Below are positions 1-11,293 of a DNA stretch of 64,000 bases, one piece after another. The number at the start of each line of letters is the position of its first letter. The first letter of the stretch is position 1. The notes below the pieces were generated by a model. The model had not been told where the DNA came from, did no database searches, and worked only from the letters and a program-made list of their open reading frames with translations. Position numbers and translations under genes: made by a program. The DNA comes from Terriglobia bacterium (lineage in GTDB: Bacteria > Acidobacteriota > Terriglobia > JAJPHL01 > JAPKYU01), in assembly GCA_965206645.1 (NCBI GenBank), contig CBDBKE010000004.1:1568001-1632000 (forward strand), written 5' to 3'.

Positions 1-93
1 AAGCTGAGGAAGCACCAGTGAGTGAGCCGATGAAACGCCTGCCTCCCCCAGCGCATCCATATTAGGAAGCCCCTTAGGAAGCATGGAGAGATC

Positions 94-996
94 ATGACAA
101 GTTACGATTGGATCAGGAAGTGCAGCTTTGCTTTCACCGCTTTCATTCTGGCGGTTTCTCTGCCTCTGGGGGCGGTCGCCGGGCCACAGACAAATAACCA
201 GCAACCGGCTACTAATCAACAACCGGCCACGCAAGTTGGACAGGCCAGGCCAGAGACGCCGTCGGTGCCCACCGATGGAATCATCCGCCGATTCGCCGCC
301 AAGGAGAAGGAATTCCAGATCGCGCGCGACAATTACACCTACCGGCAGACCGTCAAGGTGCAGGAACTGGACGGTGACGGGCGCATGCGCGGCAGCTTTG
401 AAATGGTTAGCGACATCATCTTCACCCCGAAGGGGAAGCGCATTGAGAGGGTGGTGTATGCGCCAGTGAGCACCCTGCGCCGCATTTCCATTTCGCCTGA
501 AGATGAGCGGGACCTGCGCGACATCCAGCCCTTCGTGCTCACCAGCGATGACATCCACAAGTACAACCTCCGCCACCTGGGGCGGCAGCGCGTGGACGAA
601 ATTGACACCTACGTCTTCTTCGTCAAGCCCAAGGCAATCAAAAAGGGCGAGCGCTACTTTGAGGGACAGATCTGGGTGGATGACCGGGATCTACAGATCG
701 TGAAGACTTACGGTAAAGCCGTTCCTGATATTAGAGGGAAAAAGGGGCAGGAGAACTTGTTCCCGCGCTTTGAAACCTACCGCGAGCAGATTGACGGCAA
801 GTACTGGTTCCCCACCTACACCCGGGCTGACGACACGTTACATTTCCAGACCGGCCCGCAGCGCATCCGTATGATTGTGCGTTACCAGGATTACAAGCAG
901 TTCCGCAGCCAGATCAAGGTCACCTTTGAGGGGGTCAACGAGCCGAAGTCGCAGCCACAGGCGGATCCGAGCTCCCAACAGTTGCGAAATCCGTAG
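94..996 (+). CDS. Exported hypothetical protein (signal peptide, beta-rich; possibly LolA/MucB-like fold)
   Basis: 300-aa ORF with GGAG RBS, signal peptide, QQPAT linker and beta-strand-rich body. Confidence 0.75.
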   Translation: MTSYDWIRKCSFAFTAFILAVSLPLGAVAGPQTNNQQPATNQQPATQVGQARPETPSVPTDGIIRRFAAKEKEFQIARDNYTYRQTVKVQELDGDGRMRGSFEMVSDIIFTPKGKRIERVVYAPVSTLRRISISPEDERDLRDIQPFVLTSDDIHKYNLRHLGRQRVDEIDTYVFFVKPKAIKKGERYFEGQIWVDDRDLQIVKTYGKAVPDIRGKKGQENLFPRFETYREQIDGKYWFPTYTRADDTLHFQTGPQRIRMIVRYQDYKQFRSQIKVTFEGVNEPKSQPQADPSSQQLRNP

Positions 997-1237
997 CGCT
1001 TGACCTACCTGGCAGCAGTGTTCACCTCTTTACGGTTGCGGCTCGCGTTTGCTCCAGGCTCGGGTTGCTCCATCTGGTGGGCCGCGCACGGGTACTTGGC
1101 ATGAGCTACAGTCGTCGGCGATATACTAGACGGGAACGGGACTCGGGCAAAGCAGCTCGAGATATTGTGAGGTCACAGGCGGGGGGGCATACTCCCGCCG
1201 GAGATTTGCCTGTGCCGGTGTCGGGGGCCGGTTGCCC

Positions 1238-2155
1238 ATGCTCTCCAAGGTTTTTCGCGGGATTGGCAGCTTCATCTTCTGGACGTACGCGCGCGGAAGC
1301 TGGCAGTACGACCTGATGTCTGCCCTCATCCTGGCGTTCATCTTCTTGACTCCGCGCCAGTTTTTTCACGACCGGCCTATTCACACCGAGGCACGCCGGG
1401 GCATGGAACTGCCGGCGGCGCTGTTGCTCCCCTGGCTGACCGCGACCGCTGTTGCTGCCGCCAACAGCAGCTCCAGAAATTCCTACCGCCTCGCTGCTGA
1501 GGAAGGAACGCCCGGCCCAGCGCCCACACTGAAACAAGTGCTGGCGGCAATGGATGCGACCGCCGCCCGCTTCCGGAGCGCGGTTGCCAAGGTCACTTAC
1601 ACGAAGGTGACTCTCCTGGTAGACGACAAGTCCATCGAGGAGGGCACGGTGTACTTCAAGCGCCACCGGCGCAAGCGTGATTTCAAGGTACTGATTCACT
1701 TCCGCAAGCCGACGGAAAAAATTGTGCTGTTCCGCGACGGCAAAGCGTGGATCTACCGGCCGGCGATTGCGCAAGTAGAGGAATACGACGTCTCGCGCAA
1801 CCGGGAAGCCGTGGAGCAGTTCCTGCTGCTGGGCTTCGGCACCCCTGTCCGCCAGCTGCAGGAGGCCTATCACGTCGCCCTGGCAGGCCCCGGGAGCAGC
1901 CAGGGGGGGGGCCAGAAGACCTTGAAGCTGGAATTGGCTCCCAGATCGGCCGCCACCAGCCGCCACATCCGGAAAGTAGAACTCTGGCTCTCTCGGGATA
2001 CCTGGCAGCCCGTTCGGCAGCGCTTCATCGAGCCCAGCGGCGACTACATGATCGTCGAATTCACAGGGACCAAACTAAACACCGCCATCCCCAATTCCCG
2101 CTTCAAGCTGAAACTGCGGGGCAAAGTAAAAAAAATCCGCCCCCAGTCCCTGTAG
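1238..2155 (+). CDS. LolA-like lipoprotein carrier protein with an N-terminal WTY-RGSWQYD membrane segment
   Basis: LolA-like body (GTVYFKR...DGKAWIYRP...IEPSGDY); second signal-peptide-like start at 1403. Confidence 0.7.
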   Translation: MLSKVFRGIGSFIFWTYARGSWQYDLMSALILAFIFLTPRQFFHDRPIHTEARRGMELPAALLLPWLTATAVAAANSSSRNSYRLAAEEGTPGPAPTLKQVLAAMDATAARFRSAVAKVTYTKVTLLVDDKSIEEGTVYFKRHRRKRDFKVLIHFRKPTEKIVLFRDGKAWIYRPAIAQVEEYDVSRNREAVEQFLLLGFGTPVRQLQEAYHVALAGPGSSQGGGQKTLKLELAPRSAATSRHIRKVELWLSRDTWQPVRQRFIEPSGDYMIVEFTGTKLNTAIPNSRFKLKLRGKVKKIRPQSL

Positions 2156-2294
2156 GGCCAGTCCATGTAGGAATAGACCTTGCCCTTCCCCGTATTCAAA
2201 GCCAGCGACCAGCTTCAGACCCAGCGACCAGCTGGACCAAGCAAACAGCGCCCGGCATTGAGTAGGTGGGGAGTAGGTGGGCAAACGCTCGGTC

Positions 2295-4868
2295 TCAGCG
2301 CCAGGTGATCAGGCCGGTGCTCATAGGCTCCAGGGCATCGGAGTGAGCCGGCAGCGCGCGCGCCGTGTACCCGTGCCGGCCGCTGCGCTCGCAGGGAATC
2401 ACACCCGTGTAGTGGTGGATACCGTCCTGGCAGTTCTGCCAGTTCATAGGCACGGCGCGGGCTTGGCTGATATGCCGTTCGGCACTGAGCGGCCCATAGT
2501 AGAGTTCGATGCTGACGTCCTTCGGCTCGATCGCCCCCAGGCGCACCCCGGCCCGCACTTCCAGCCCCTGGCCCACGCTGGGCATGTCCTTGTTCTGCGC
2601 CGCCAAGCTCTCGAAACGGATCTGGGACCAGTTCTGCTGCATGTCGCCTTTCCACTGAGCCAACACCCGGGAACGCTCCAGATTATTGGCTGTCATACGC
2701 GCCCCGAAGCGGGCCGCCGGCAGGTAGAAGCTCTCGGTGTACTCGTGCAGCATGCGGTTGCAACTGAACTGCGGACAGAGCAAGCGCATGGAGTTTTTCA
2801 TTTTGGTGAGCCAGTGGCGCGGCAGCCTGTCTTCGTCGCGACGGTAAAACAACGGCACCACCTCGCTCTCCAGCATGTTGTAGAGGGCATTGGACTCCAC
2901 GTAGTCCTGGTAGGCGGGGTCCTGGTATTCCTCGCCGGAGCCGATGGCCCAGCCGGCTTCCCCCCGGAAGCCTTCGTCCCACCAGCCATCCAGGACGCTG
3001 AGGTTCAGGCCGCCGTTGCCCAACACCTTCATGCCGCTGGTGCCGCTGGCTTCCAGCGGGCGCCGCGGGTTGTTCAACCAGATGTCCACCCCATGCACCA
3101 GGTAGCGAGCCAGCTGGATGTCGTAGTCCTCCAAGAACACCATGTGGCGGTGCAGTTCCTCCTGCTGGCAGGCGGCCACCAGTTCCTTGATGAACTCCTT
3201 GCCTTCGTTGTCGCGCGGGTGCGCCTTCCCCGCGAAGACAAACTGCACCGGCATGGAGGGGTTCAGCAGGATTTTCTTCAGCCGCTCCAGATCGGACAGC
3301 AGCAGGGTGGCGCGCTTGTAAGTAGTAAAGCGGCGTGCGAAGCCGATGGTCAGCACGTTGATGTCCAGCACGCCGCGCGCCTTGCGCAGCTCGGCCGGCG
3401 GCGCCCCGCGCCGCTCCAACTGCACTTGGAGCCGGCGCCGGATAATGGCAATCATCCGCTGGCGGCGCCGCTCGTGTGTCCCCCACAGCTCCTCGTCGGG
3501 GATATCCTTCACCCGCTCCCAAATCCAGGCTTCCGCGGGACGGCTCCACCACTCCGGACCCAAGTATCGGTCGAACAGGGTGCCCATCTCGTTGGAAACC
3601 CAGGAGCGCAGGTGGATGCCGTTCGTGATGCTGGCGATGGGCACTTCGTGTTCCGGAACCTTGGGAAAAAACTTCTGGAACAAGGTGCGCGAGACCTGCC
3701 CGTGCAGCTTGCTCACCCCGTTGGCGGAGGCGCTCGTGCGCAGCGCCAGTACAGCCATGTTAAAGGCCTCCTGGGGATCAAACGGGTTGGCCCGGCCCAA
3801 GGCCAGTAGCTCGTCGCGGGAAATTCTCGCTTCCCGCAGGTACTCGCCGAAGTACTTGTCCATTAGGTCTGGGGCAAACACGTCGAAACCGGCGGGCACC
3901 GGGGTGTGGGTGGTGAAGACGCTGCCGGCCCGGACCGCCTCTAGGGCTTCGCGGAAGCTCACCCCGGCCTCCTGAATGTAGGTGCGGATGCGTTCCAGGG
4001 TCAGGAAAGCCGAGTGGCCTTCGTTCATGTGGTACACCATAGGCTGGATGCCCATGGCGTAAAGCGCGCGCACTCCACCCATGCCCAATACGATTTCCTG
4101 GCGGATGCGCGTTTCGCGGTCGCCGCCGTAGAGCTGGTCGGTAACGTCCTGCAATTTGCGCGGGTTGTCGGGGACGTTGGTGTCCAGCAGGTACAGCGGC
4201 ACCCGCCCCACCTGTACCTTCCACACCTTGATCTTCACTCGCGCCCCGGCCAGCCGCAGTTCCACGAAGAGGGGCTGACCGCCTGCAGTCAGCACCGGTT
4301 CGAGCGGCAGGTTGTAGAAGTCGTTGGCTGGATAGCGCTCCTGCTGCCAGCCGTCAGGGGTCAAGTACTGCCGGAAATAGCCCTGTTGGTACAGCAGCCC
4401 CACGCCCACCAGCGGGATCCCCAAATCGCTGGCCGTCTTCAGATGGTCGCCAGCCAGCACTCCCAGGCCGCCCGAGTATATCGGCAGGCATTCGGCCAGT
4501 CCGTACTCGGCTGAGAAATAAGCGATGCACGGGCGCTCGTCGCCGTGCTTCTTGTCCCACCAGGTGGCCTCTTTCATATAGTTGCTGAATTTCTCGTAAG
4601 CCCGCGAATAAGAAGTCATGTAACTATCGTCGCGAGCCACGGCTTGCAGACGTTCCTGGGCGATGCTGCCCAACAACAGCACCGGATTGTGGTAGGTCTC
4701 CTCCCACAAGTCGCGATCCAGCCGCCGAAAGATTTCGCGAACAGGTTCGTCCCATTGCCAGACTATGTTGTAGGCCATTTCCCGGAGTCCCTTGAGTTCT
4801 TCGGGAAGAGCCGGCTGTACCTGGAAGGTATCAAGTTGCAGGTTCATCATGGCATCGTTGATCGGCAT
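2295..4868 (-). CDS. glgP: Alpha-glucan (glycogen) phosphorylase
   Basis: [20 protein letters not shown] and EASGTSGMK (PLP Lys) motifs; true start may be at MMNLQ. Confidence 0.95.
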   Translation of the reverse strand: MPINDAMMNLQLDTFQVQPALPEELKGLREMAYNIVWQWDEPVREIFRRLDRDLWEETYHNPVLLLGSIAQERLQAVARDDSYMTSYSRAYEKFSNYMKEATWWDKKHGDERPCIAYFSAEYGLAECLPIYSGGLGVLAGDHLKTASDLGIPLVGVGLLYQQGYFRQYLTPDGWQQERYPANDFYNLPLEPVLTAGGQPLFVELRLAGARVKIKVWKVQVGRVPLYLLDTNVPDNPRKLQDVTDQLYGGDRETRIRQEIVLGMGGVRALYAMGIQPMVYHMNEGHSAFLTLERIRTYIQEAGVSFREALEAVRAGSVFTTHTPVPAGFDVFAPDLMDKYFGEYLREARISRDELLALGRANPFDPQEAFNMAVLALRTSASANGVSKLHGQVSRTLFQKFFPKVPEHEVPIASITNGIHLRSWVSNEMGTLFDRYLGPEWWSRPAEAWIWERVKDIPDEELWGTHERRRQRMIAIIRRRLQVQLERRGAPPAELRKARGVLDINVLTIGFARRFTTYKRATLLLSDLERLKKILLNPSMPVQFVFAGKAHPRDNEGKEFIKELVAACQQEELHRHMVFLEDYDIQLARYLVHGVDIWLNNPRRPLEASGTSGMKVLGNGGLNLSVLDGWWDEGFRGEAGWAIGSGEEYQDPAYQDYVESNALYNMLESEVVPLFYRRDEDRLPRHWLTKMKNSMRLLCPQFSCNRMLHEYTESFYLPAARFGARMTANNLERSRVLAQWKGDMQQNWSQIRFESLAAQNKDMPSVGQGLEVRAGVRLGAIEPKDVSIELYYGPLSAERHISQARAVPMNWQNCQDGIHHYTGVIPCERSGRHGYTARALPAHSDALEPMSTGLITWR

Positions 4869-5018
4869 CGAAACCCTCCTGCGGAAAAACCCGCGGACCG
4901 GAGAACAGGCCGGGCCATCTTACCTCAAAACCGAATTGCATACATCCGCTGAACCTCCCCAACGGTGCGCCCCTGCCCGAATCACGACCGCGCTTTCGGA
5001 CCGGCTTGGCGCCAGCCA

Positions 5019-5048
5019 TTGACACTCCTGGCGAATCCTTCGTAGAAT
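5019..5048 (+). promoter_or_regulatory. Sigma70 promoter upstream of the dksA-like gene
   Basis: TTGACA-N18-TAGAAT. Confidence 0.6.
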
Positions 5049-5097
5049 CGCGAGTTGGCCAAATATCCGTCCGCCAAGTACCCTGCGAGAAGGCCAG

Positions 5098-5451
5098 ATG
5101 GATAAGAAGAAACTCGAGCATTACAAGCGGCGACTGCTGGCGAAGCGGGAAGAACTGGAGCGGATTGTGTCGCAGGCCGAACTGGATGGCCGCTCGGCGG
5201 ACGAAGAGACCCCGCAGGATCTGGCCGACAAGGCAGCCAATTCTTATACCAAGGAATTCTTGTTTAGCCAGAGCAACCACGACCGCGACGTGCTCCAGCT
5301 AGTCCTCGAAGCGTTGGAGCGAATCGAAGAGAAACACTACGGCGAGTGCGTCCACTGCGACGGCGAGATGCAGCAGAAGCGCCTGGAAGCGGTACCCTGG
5401 GCGCGCCATTGTATTCCCTGCCAGGAAAAGCAAGAGCAGGGGCTGCTGTAG
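5098..5451 (+). CDS. dksA: DksA/TraR family C4 zinc-finger regulator
   Basis: Coiled coil with DLADKA (DxxDxA) and CxxC...CxxC. Confidence 0.85.
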   Translation: MDKKKLEHYKRRLLAKREELERIVSQAELDGRSADEETPQDLADKAANSYTKEFLFSQSNHDRDVLQLVLEALERIEEKHYGECVHCDGEMQQKRLEAVPWARHCIPCQEKQEQGLL

Positions 5452-5479
5452 GCCCTGCCAGACTGCTCCGTTTCCCACC

Positions 5480-6253
5480 GTGTCGAAGCAGGCTGAAGTG
5501 GCGCGATTTGATTCCACGATTGGTCAGTTTTTTCACTCCCTGTTCGCTGTTCTGTTCCCCGACCAGTGCCGGCTGTGTGCCGAGCCTCTGGAGGAGCTGA
5601 CGCGGGTTCCCGTCTGCCGGCCCTGCCTGCAGGACCTCCACCCGCTTCGGACGGGCGCCGGGCTCTGCCACTGCTGCGGGATTCCCCGCGAGGTGGCAGC
5701 GGGGTCGTTGTGCGCCCGCTGCACAGCCGGCGAATATGATTTCCAGCAGGCCCGCAGCTTCGGCACCTACGCTGGCGCGTTGCGCGAGGTCCTGCACCTG
5801 TTCAAATACCAAGGGATGCGACCGCTGGCGGCGTCACTGGCCGAGCGGCTGGCCATTGTCTTCCACCAGCAGCAGTGGGACGGTGGCGAGTTTGCCGGGG
5901 TAGTGGCTGTGCCGCTGGCGCGGTCGCGCCAGCGGCAGCGCGGCTTCAACCAAGCACACCTGTTGGCCCGCGAATTGGGTCGCCGGGCAGGACTGCCTGT
6001 ATTGGAGGACGCCTGCCGCCGCAGCCGCGCCACCGCGCTGCAGACCGGACTGACCCGAGCCCAGCGTTTGGGAAACGTGCGCCCCTCCTTCGCTCCAGGT
6101 CCCCGCGCCACCCTGTTGGCCGGCCGTGACATTCTGCTGATTGACGACGTGCTGACCACCGGCGCCACCCTCAGCGCCTGCGCGCGGACCCTCCGCCAGG
6201 CCGGAGCGCGGCGGGTCTGCGCGCTCACCGTCGCCCGCACCGTGGAATCCTGA
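5480..6253 (+). CDS. comF: ComF family protein (double zinc ribbon + phosphoribosyltransferase domain)
   Basis: CxxC pairs, RGFNQA, LLIDDVLTTGAT. Confidence 0.9.
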   Translation: MSKQAEVARFDSTIGQFFHSLFAVLFPDQCRLCAEPLEELTRVPVCRPCLQDLHPLRTGAGLCHCCGIPREVAAGSLCARCTAGEYDFQQARSFGTYAGALREVLHLFKYQGMRPLAASLAERLAIVFHQQQWDGGEFAGVVAVPLARSRQRQRGFNQAHLLARELGRRAGLPVLEDACRRSRATALQTGLTRAQRLGNVRPSFAPGPRATLLAGRDILLIDDVLTTGATLSACARTLRQAGARRVCALTVARTVES

Positions 6254-6288
6254 GTGCCTCCGTCGCGGTTTTGTTGTACATTGGCGCT

Positions 6289-7014
6289 ATGAAACGAGCG
6301 GCCTTTCTCTGCCTTCTGTGTGCGGTGGCGATGTGTGCCCAACAGCGACCGGTGGAAATCATCTCCAGCCCGCAGGGCGATATCCGCATCACCCCCATAC
6401 GCCACGCCAGCGTGATGCTGCAGTTTAACGACAAGATCATTCACGTGGACCCGTGGAGCCAGGGCAACTACAGCGGTCTTCCGCAGGCCGACCTGATCCT
6501 GATTACTGACATCCATGGCGATCACATGGACCCGAAGGCCATCGCCCAACTGAAAAAGGCGGACACCAAGATCGTGGCACCGGCCGCCGTGCAGGAGACG
6601 GTGACCGAGGCGGAAGTGATCCACAATGGAGAGACCAAGACGGTCCTGGGCATCCAGATCGAAGCCGTCCCGATGTACAACCTGAAGCGCGGACCCAAAC
6701 CGGGAACCCTTTACCACGACAAGGGCCGGGGCAACGGCTATGTGCTCACGCTAGGCGGCAGGCACCTGTATTTTTCCGGCGATACCGAATGCGTCCCAGA
6801 GATCAAGGCTTTGAAGAACATTGACGTCGCCTTCCTCACCATGAACCTGCCTTACACCATGCCACCGAAAGAGGCCGCCGCCTGCGTCAAGGCGTTCCGG
6901 CCCAAGATCGTCTACCCCTACCACTACCGCGGCTCGGATCTGAAGGTGTTCAAAAGGGCCTTGCGGAAGTACAAGGAGATCGTGGGGGTACGCATCTTCG
7001 ACTGGTACTACTGA
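6289..7014 (+). CDS. Exported MBL-fold metallo-hydrolase
   Basis: Signal peptide; TDIHGDH, YFSGDT and YPYHY motifs. Confidence 0.85.
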   Translation: MKRAAFLCLLCAVAMCAQQRPVEIISSPQGDIRITPIRHASVMLQFNDKIIHVDPWSQGNYSGLPQADLILITDIHGDHMDPKAIAQLKKADTKIVAPAAVQETVTEAEVIHNGETKTVLGIQIEAVPMYNLKRGPKPGTLYHDKGRGNGYVLTLGGRHLYFSGDTECVPEIKALKNIDVAFLTMNLPYTMPPKEAAACVKAFRPKIVYPYHYRGSDLKVFKRALRKYKEIVGVRIFDWYY

Positions 7015-7058
7015 TGAGTGCCGGTGCTACTGATGAATGAAGGATGCGCGACGATTCC

Positions 7059-8363
7059 TCACCCTTCATTCTTCACTCCTAATCTTCCGCTCTTCGCAAG
7101 CCAACCGCTCACCAGCACCGCGTAGAACGGTACGTACACCAGCAGCAGGATCACAGGATTGTCTTCCCAGACTCCCAGCGCTGCATAGCCAATGAGCACT
7201 TCATAGAAGAGGAAGACCAGCACCGTAAACAACAACCAGGCAGGGTTAGGAAAAATGGCCAGCAGCGGCAGAATCCAGGTGAGGTACCAGGGAAAGACGT
7301 TGGCTGCGCACGCCAGGGTGGTTCCCAGGATAAGAAAGGCCGCCCGCAGGAGGGCAACTCGGCGACCGGCCAGAAATCCGGCCACGCCGGCCACGATCGC
7401 GACAAAGACGACGCTCGCTCCCGCGTGCGATCCGGTCACCGCGTGAAACAGGGCAAACAGGCTGTCATTGTTGCGCCATTGCTGGGCGAACATGGATAAC
7501 CCGGGTAGCACCTGAACCAGGCCCTCGCGAAAGGGCCAGTACGCCACCGCGCCGCACAGCACCGGCAGCAGCAACCCGCGCCAGCGCCCACGTTCCATCC
7601 AACGGGCCAGCACCACCGGCCAGAGAAAAGCGGTGAATAGCTTGGACAGAGTAGAGAGGGCAAGAGCCACCAGGGACCAGGCCTTCTCGCCGGCTGCAAA
7701 CCCGAGCAACGCCAGGAGCAGAAAGAAGACGGCCACCGAATCGTTGTGACCGCTGGCGGCAAACTCGATCACCGCCAACGGAGACCACCAGTAGACCAGC
7801 ACCCGTTGCTTCGGCAACTTGAGCCGCCCCAGCAACAGCACCAATAGCAGAGCCGCGCCGAAGTCGAAGGCCAGCATCGGCACTTTCATCAGCAGCACAG
7901 ACAGGTAAACGTGGCCGGGCGCCATGGCCACCGGGTACCAGAAGCGGAAAAGCAACTCGGTGAAGGGACCGTAAATGGCCACGTAGTGCTTGCCGGCCAC
8001 CCCGGGGTAGGTTTCATCGCGCAGCTCGGCCAGCTGCGGGTCGGCCGGCGGGAGCAGGTAGGGGTTGTAGCCGGCCACCTGCATCTTGCCGTCCCAGCGG
8101 TAGCGGATCAGGTCATCGGAAAGCGAGGGATAGAGAGGAAACAGCGTCGCGCGAAAGACCAGGCCCGCGGCGAAGATGAACCGCAGTGTCCACCGGCCCG
8201 CCGCTGGCAACGGGCGGAACACCAGCCAGACCGAAATCAGGTATAATAGGCCGGCTGCCAACGCAAGCGCGATGAACCACACCACCTGCTCCTTCAGATT
8301 GTGTAGGAGCAGGATGAGGACGTAGACAGCTTCCAGGGCTCCGGCCAGCAGCCAAAAGATCAT
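7059..8363 (-). CDS. GT-C fold membrane glycosyltransferase (GT87/DUF2029-like)
   Basis: Polytopic membrane protein with SDDLIRYRWDG, GHNDS and FPWY motifs. Confidence 0.75.
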   Translation of the reverse strand: MIFWLLAGALEAVYVLILLLHNLKEQVVWFIALALAAGLLYLISVWLVFRPLPAAGRWTLRFIFAAGLVFRATLFPLYPSLSDDLIRYRWDGKMQVAGYNPYLLPPADPQLAELRDETYPGVAGKHYVAIYGPFTELLFRFWYPVAMAPGHVYLSVLLMKVPMLAFDFGAALLLVLLLGRLKLPKQRVLVYWWSPLAVIEFAASGHNDSVAVFFLLLALLGFAAGEKAWSLVALALSTLSKLFTAFLWPVVLARWMERGRWRGLLLPVLCGAVAYWPFREGLVQVLPGLSMFAQQWRNNDSLFALFHAVTGSHAGASVVFVAIVAGVAGFLAGRRVALLRAAFLILGTTLACAANVFPWYLTWILPLLAIFPNPAWLLFTVLVFLFYEVLIGYAALGVWEDNPVILLLVYVPFYAVLVSGWLAKSGRLGVKNEG

Positions 8364-8423
8364 CGGGGGATTCTGCTACCCGTTCTTCAGCGGGTCGCTC
8401 GTTTGAGCAAAGTATCATAGCGG

Positions 8424-10064
8424 ATGGGCACCCTTCTTTTATATCTGCCGTTTCCCGCCGGGCAACCTTCTCTCTGGAAGCAGGTCAAGCTGTTTCTCTT
8501 CGATCGCACCTTTGAAAATGTTTACCAGCCCAATGCCTTCGATGTGACGATCCTGACGCCCTACTTCCTGGTGCTGGCCGTGCTTTCGGTCTACGGGCTG
8601 CACCGCTACTGGCTGGTGTACAGCTATTTTCGGTATCGCCGCCGGGGTGCCGGGCCGCCACTTGGTCGTTGGGAACGGCTGCCCCGCGTCACGATCCAGC
8701 TTCCGGTATACAACGAGCGCTTTGTGGTAGAGCGCTTGATTGAGAGCGTCTGCCGGATTGAGTACCCGCGCGAACTGCTGGAAATCCAGGTCCTGGACGA
8801 CTCGACGGATGAGACGGTGGAGGAGGCCCGGGCCGCCGTGGAGCGCTACGCGCTTCTGGGGCACCCAATCCGCCACTTCCATCGAACCCACCGACGGGGC
8901 TTCAAGGCCGGGGCGCTGGCCGCGGGGCTGGAGAAAGCTGCCGGGGAATTCATCTGCGTCTTCGACGCCGACTTCCTGCCGCCCTCCGACTTCTTGCAGC
9001 GCACCATCCATTGCTTCACCGACCCGGGCGTGGGAATGGTACAGACGCGTTGGACGTTCCTGAATCGCGAGTACTCGCTGCTGACCCGGGTGCAGGCCAT
9101 TCTGCTGGATGGGCACTTCGTGCTGGAGCACGGCGCGCGCTTCGGCTCCGGCTGCTTCTTCAATTTCAACGGCACGGCGGGCATCTGGCGGCGCGCGGCC
9201 ATCGAGCAGGCGGGCGGCTGGCAACACGACACCCTCACCGAAGACACCGACCTCAGCTACCGCGCACAGTTGTGTGGCTGGAAGTTCCTCTACCTGCCGG
9301 ACGTCGAATGCCCCTCGGAGCTGCCGGTGGAGATGACCGCGTTCAAAACCCAGCAGGCTCGCTGGGCCAAGGGCCTGATCCAGACGGCAAGAAAACTGAT
9401 GCCGCGGATCTGGGCCGCCCCCATCCCCCTGCGCCAGAAGGTGGAGGCCTGGTTCCACCTGACCGCCAACATCAGCTACCCGCTGATGGCCGTTCTGGCT
9501 GTGCTGCTGCTGCCGGCCATGATTGTGCGCTTCTACCAGGGCTGGTTCCAGATGCTCTATATTGACCTGCCCTTGTTTGTGGCGGCCACCTTCTCCATTT
9601 CCTCCTTCTACCTGACCAGCCAGCGCGAACTGTTCCCGCGCCAGTGGACGCGTACCTTCCGCTACCTGCCGTTGCTGATAGGCGTGGGCGTCGGGCTCAC
9701 CATCACCAATACTCGGGCTGTGCTGGAGGCGCTGTGCGGAGTGGCCTCGCCCTTCCAACGCACTCCGAAGTACCGCATCGAATTCCACGCTCAACGGGTA
9801 CGCCTGCGGCAATACCGCCGTCGCGCCGGCTGGGTTCCGGCCATCGAATTGGCCGTCGGCACCTACTTCCTGGCCACGGTGTTTTACGCGGTAGACTGCC
9901 GCAATTTTGTTTCCGTCCCCTTTCTGCTGCTCTTCGTCCTGGGTTACTACTACACCGGCTTGATTTCCCTGATGCAGGGACGGTGGGAGGTGCTGGCGCG
10001 TCCTTTTCAGGCCCTCCGCCTGCGCTGGAGCAGGGTTCAGGTCTCAGCAGGCGTCAGGTTTTAG
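8424..10064 (+). CDS. GT2 processive glycosyltransferase (cellulose synthase-like/CslA-like)
   Basis: QVLDDSTD, FDADF, TEDTD and QQARW motifs with C-terminal TM helices. Confidence 0.9.
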   Translation: MGTLLLYLPFPAGQPSLWKQVKLFLFDRTFENVYQPNAFDVTILTPYFLVLAVLSVYGLHRYWLVYSYFRYRRRGAGPPLGRWERLPRVTIQLPVYNERFVVERLIESVCRIEYPRELLEIQVLDDSTDETVEEARAAVERYALLGHPIRHFHRTHRRGFKAGALAAGLEKAAGEFICVFDADFLPPSDFLQRTIHCFTDPGVGMVQTRWTFLNREYSLLTRVQAILLDGHFVLEHGARFGSGCFFNFNGTAGIWRRAAIEQAGGWQHDTLTEDTDLSYRAQLCGWKFLYLPDVECPSELPVEMTAFKTQQARWAKGLIQTARKLMPRIWAAPIPLRQKVEAWFHLTANISYPLMAVLAVLLLPAMIVRFYQGWFQMLYIDLPLFVAATFSISSFYLTSQRELFPRQWTRTFRYLPLLIGVGVGLTITNTRAVLEALCGVASPFQRTPKYRIEFHAQRVRLRQYRRRAGWVPAIELAVGTYFLATVFYAVDCRNFVSVPFLLLFVLGYYYTGLISLMQGRWEVLARPFQALRLRWSRVQVSAGVRF

Positions 10065-10887
10065 GTGGGTCTCCTAACTTTGCCAGCAGCAGAATATCCT
10101 GAGTCCCATACATGATGTTGACACGCAGTCGAAAACCAAGCGACTGAATCAGCTCTAACAAGAAGGACTCTTCATAAGCGATCGCATTCTCCGGATAGCA
10201 ACCGCTGTGGGTGGCAAAGTACCCGTGGAAGCAAGGAAAACAGAGGGGATGCCTGCCTGTACTCCGGACGGCTTCTTCCCGAGAACGGTAGGTAAAAAAT
10301 GACGCGTAAATGGTCCCGCCGCTGTCTGTCATGCGAAACAACTCCCTGAGATAGTGTCGAAGGTCTTCCTCCAGCAGGTGTGTAAAAAGTGAGGTTGCAA
10401 TGATCAGGTCAAAGGAGCCATCGGGGTGGGGGAAGCGGAAATCCCTGGCGAGTTGTTTTCCCTTGGGATTGTAGGAGCGATTGTAAAGATCGGCACAGTA
10501 GAACTGAAATCGAGTGTTTTTCGAAGCGATGTGCTTTTGGCACCAAAGGATGGCCTTTGCGTCGACGTCCATCCCCGCGTACTGTACGTTCAACCGCAGA
10601 AGCTCAGGATCGGTGGCGAAGCAGTAGGCGACCCGGCCGCAACCACACCCCACATCCAAGATCCGGCAGTTCTCTTTGAACAATCCCAGTCGGAAAAATT
10701 CGTGCAGAAACCAGGGTCCCACGTTCTTGAAACCTTTCGATCCGCCGGCCAGAGTGCGAAGGGAATAAGGTGGGAGGTGGAGTTGTCTGGTAAACAGCCG
10801 ATAGAAAAACTCTAAGTGATCAATGACAGACGCGTAAAACCACCGGTATCGGACGTAACTTCTTTCACGCCACAGCAGAGTCATCAT
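10054..10887 (-). CDS. Class I SAM-dependent methyltransferase
   Basis: LDVGCGCGR and SLFTHL motifs; visibly more AT-rich than neighbours. Confidence 0.85.
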   Translation of the reverse strand: MMTLLWRERSYVRYRWFYASVIDHLEFFYRLFTRQLHLPPYSLRTLAGGSKGFKNVGPWFLHEFFRLGLFKENCRILDVGCGCGRVAYCFATDPELLRLNVQYAGMDVDAKAILWCQKHIASKNTRFQFYCADLYNRSYNPKGKQLARDFRFPHPDGSFDLIIATSLFTHLLEEDLRHYLRELFRMTDSGGTIYASFFTYRSREEAVRSTGRHPLCFPCFHGYFATHSGCYPENAIAYEESFLLELIQSLGFRLRVNIMYGTQDILLLAKLGDPPKT

Positions 10888-11293
10888 GCTCTCGCTATCA
10901 ACACGGCCCCAGACGATTTACTCTTTTCCCAATCCCGTGGCCGGCTGGCGTATGCCCTCTCCCTGCCCGACAGTCTCGCATTCCAACCTGCGGTCAAACA
11001 GAGATTCGCGCTCCTGGACAAGCCCTGTAACAAGGACGCGCTCTTGGGCTCGGCTCACTCAGGTGCTTACGAGGCACTTCATAGTAGACTAACTGAGGCT
11101 GGAAGCGCGTTTTCAGTGACTTGGGTCGCAGGTTGCTCCAGTTGAAACGGCAGTGGATCAGCAGGCGAAAGGAGCATGACAGCGAGGCGGCCCCGCGCGA
11201 AGGGAACCCTTGTAGCCATCGGGCCGTGCTTCCTGCTGCCACTTGTTCGGCGCTATGAAGCCGGAACCTGAAGGCTGACGCCCGAGGCCCACC

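Noticed and set aside
2277-3809. Long ORFs antisense to real genes (also 8439-9812, 21951-23162, 33753-35390, 60436-61680)
   Set aside because: Shadow frames expected in high-GC DNA, with no recognisable motifs
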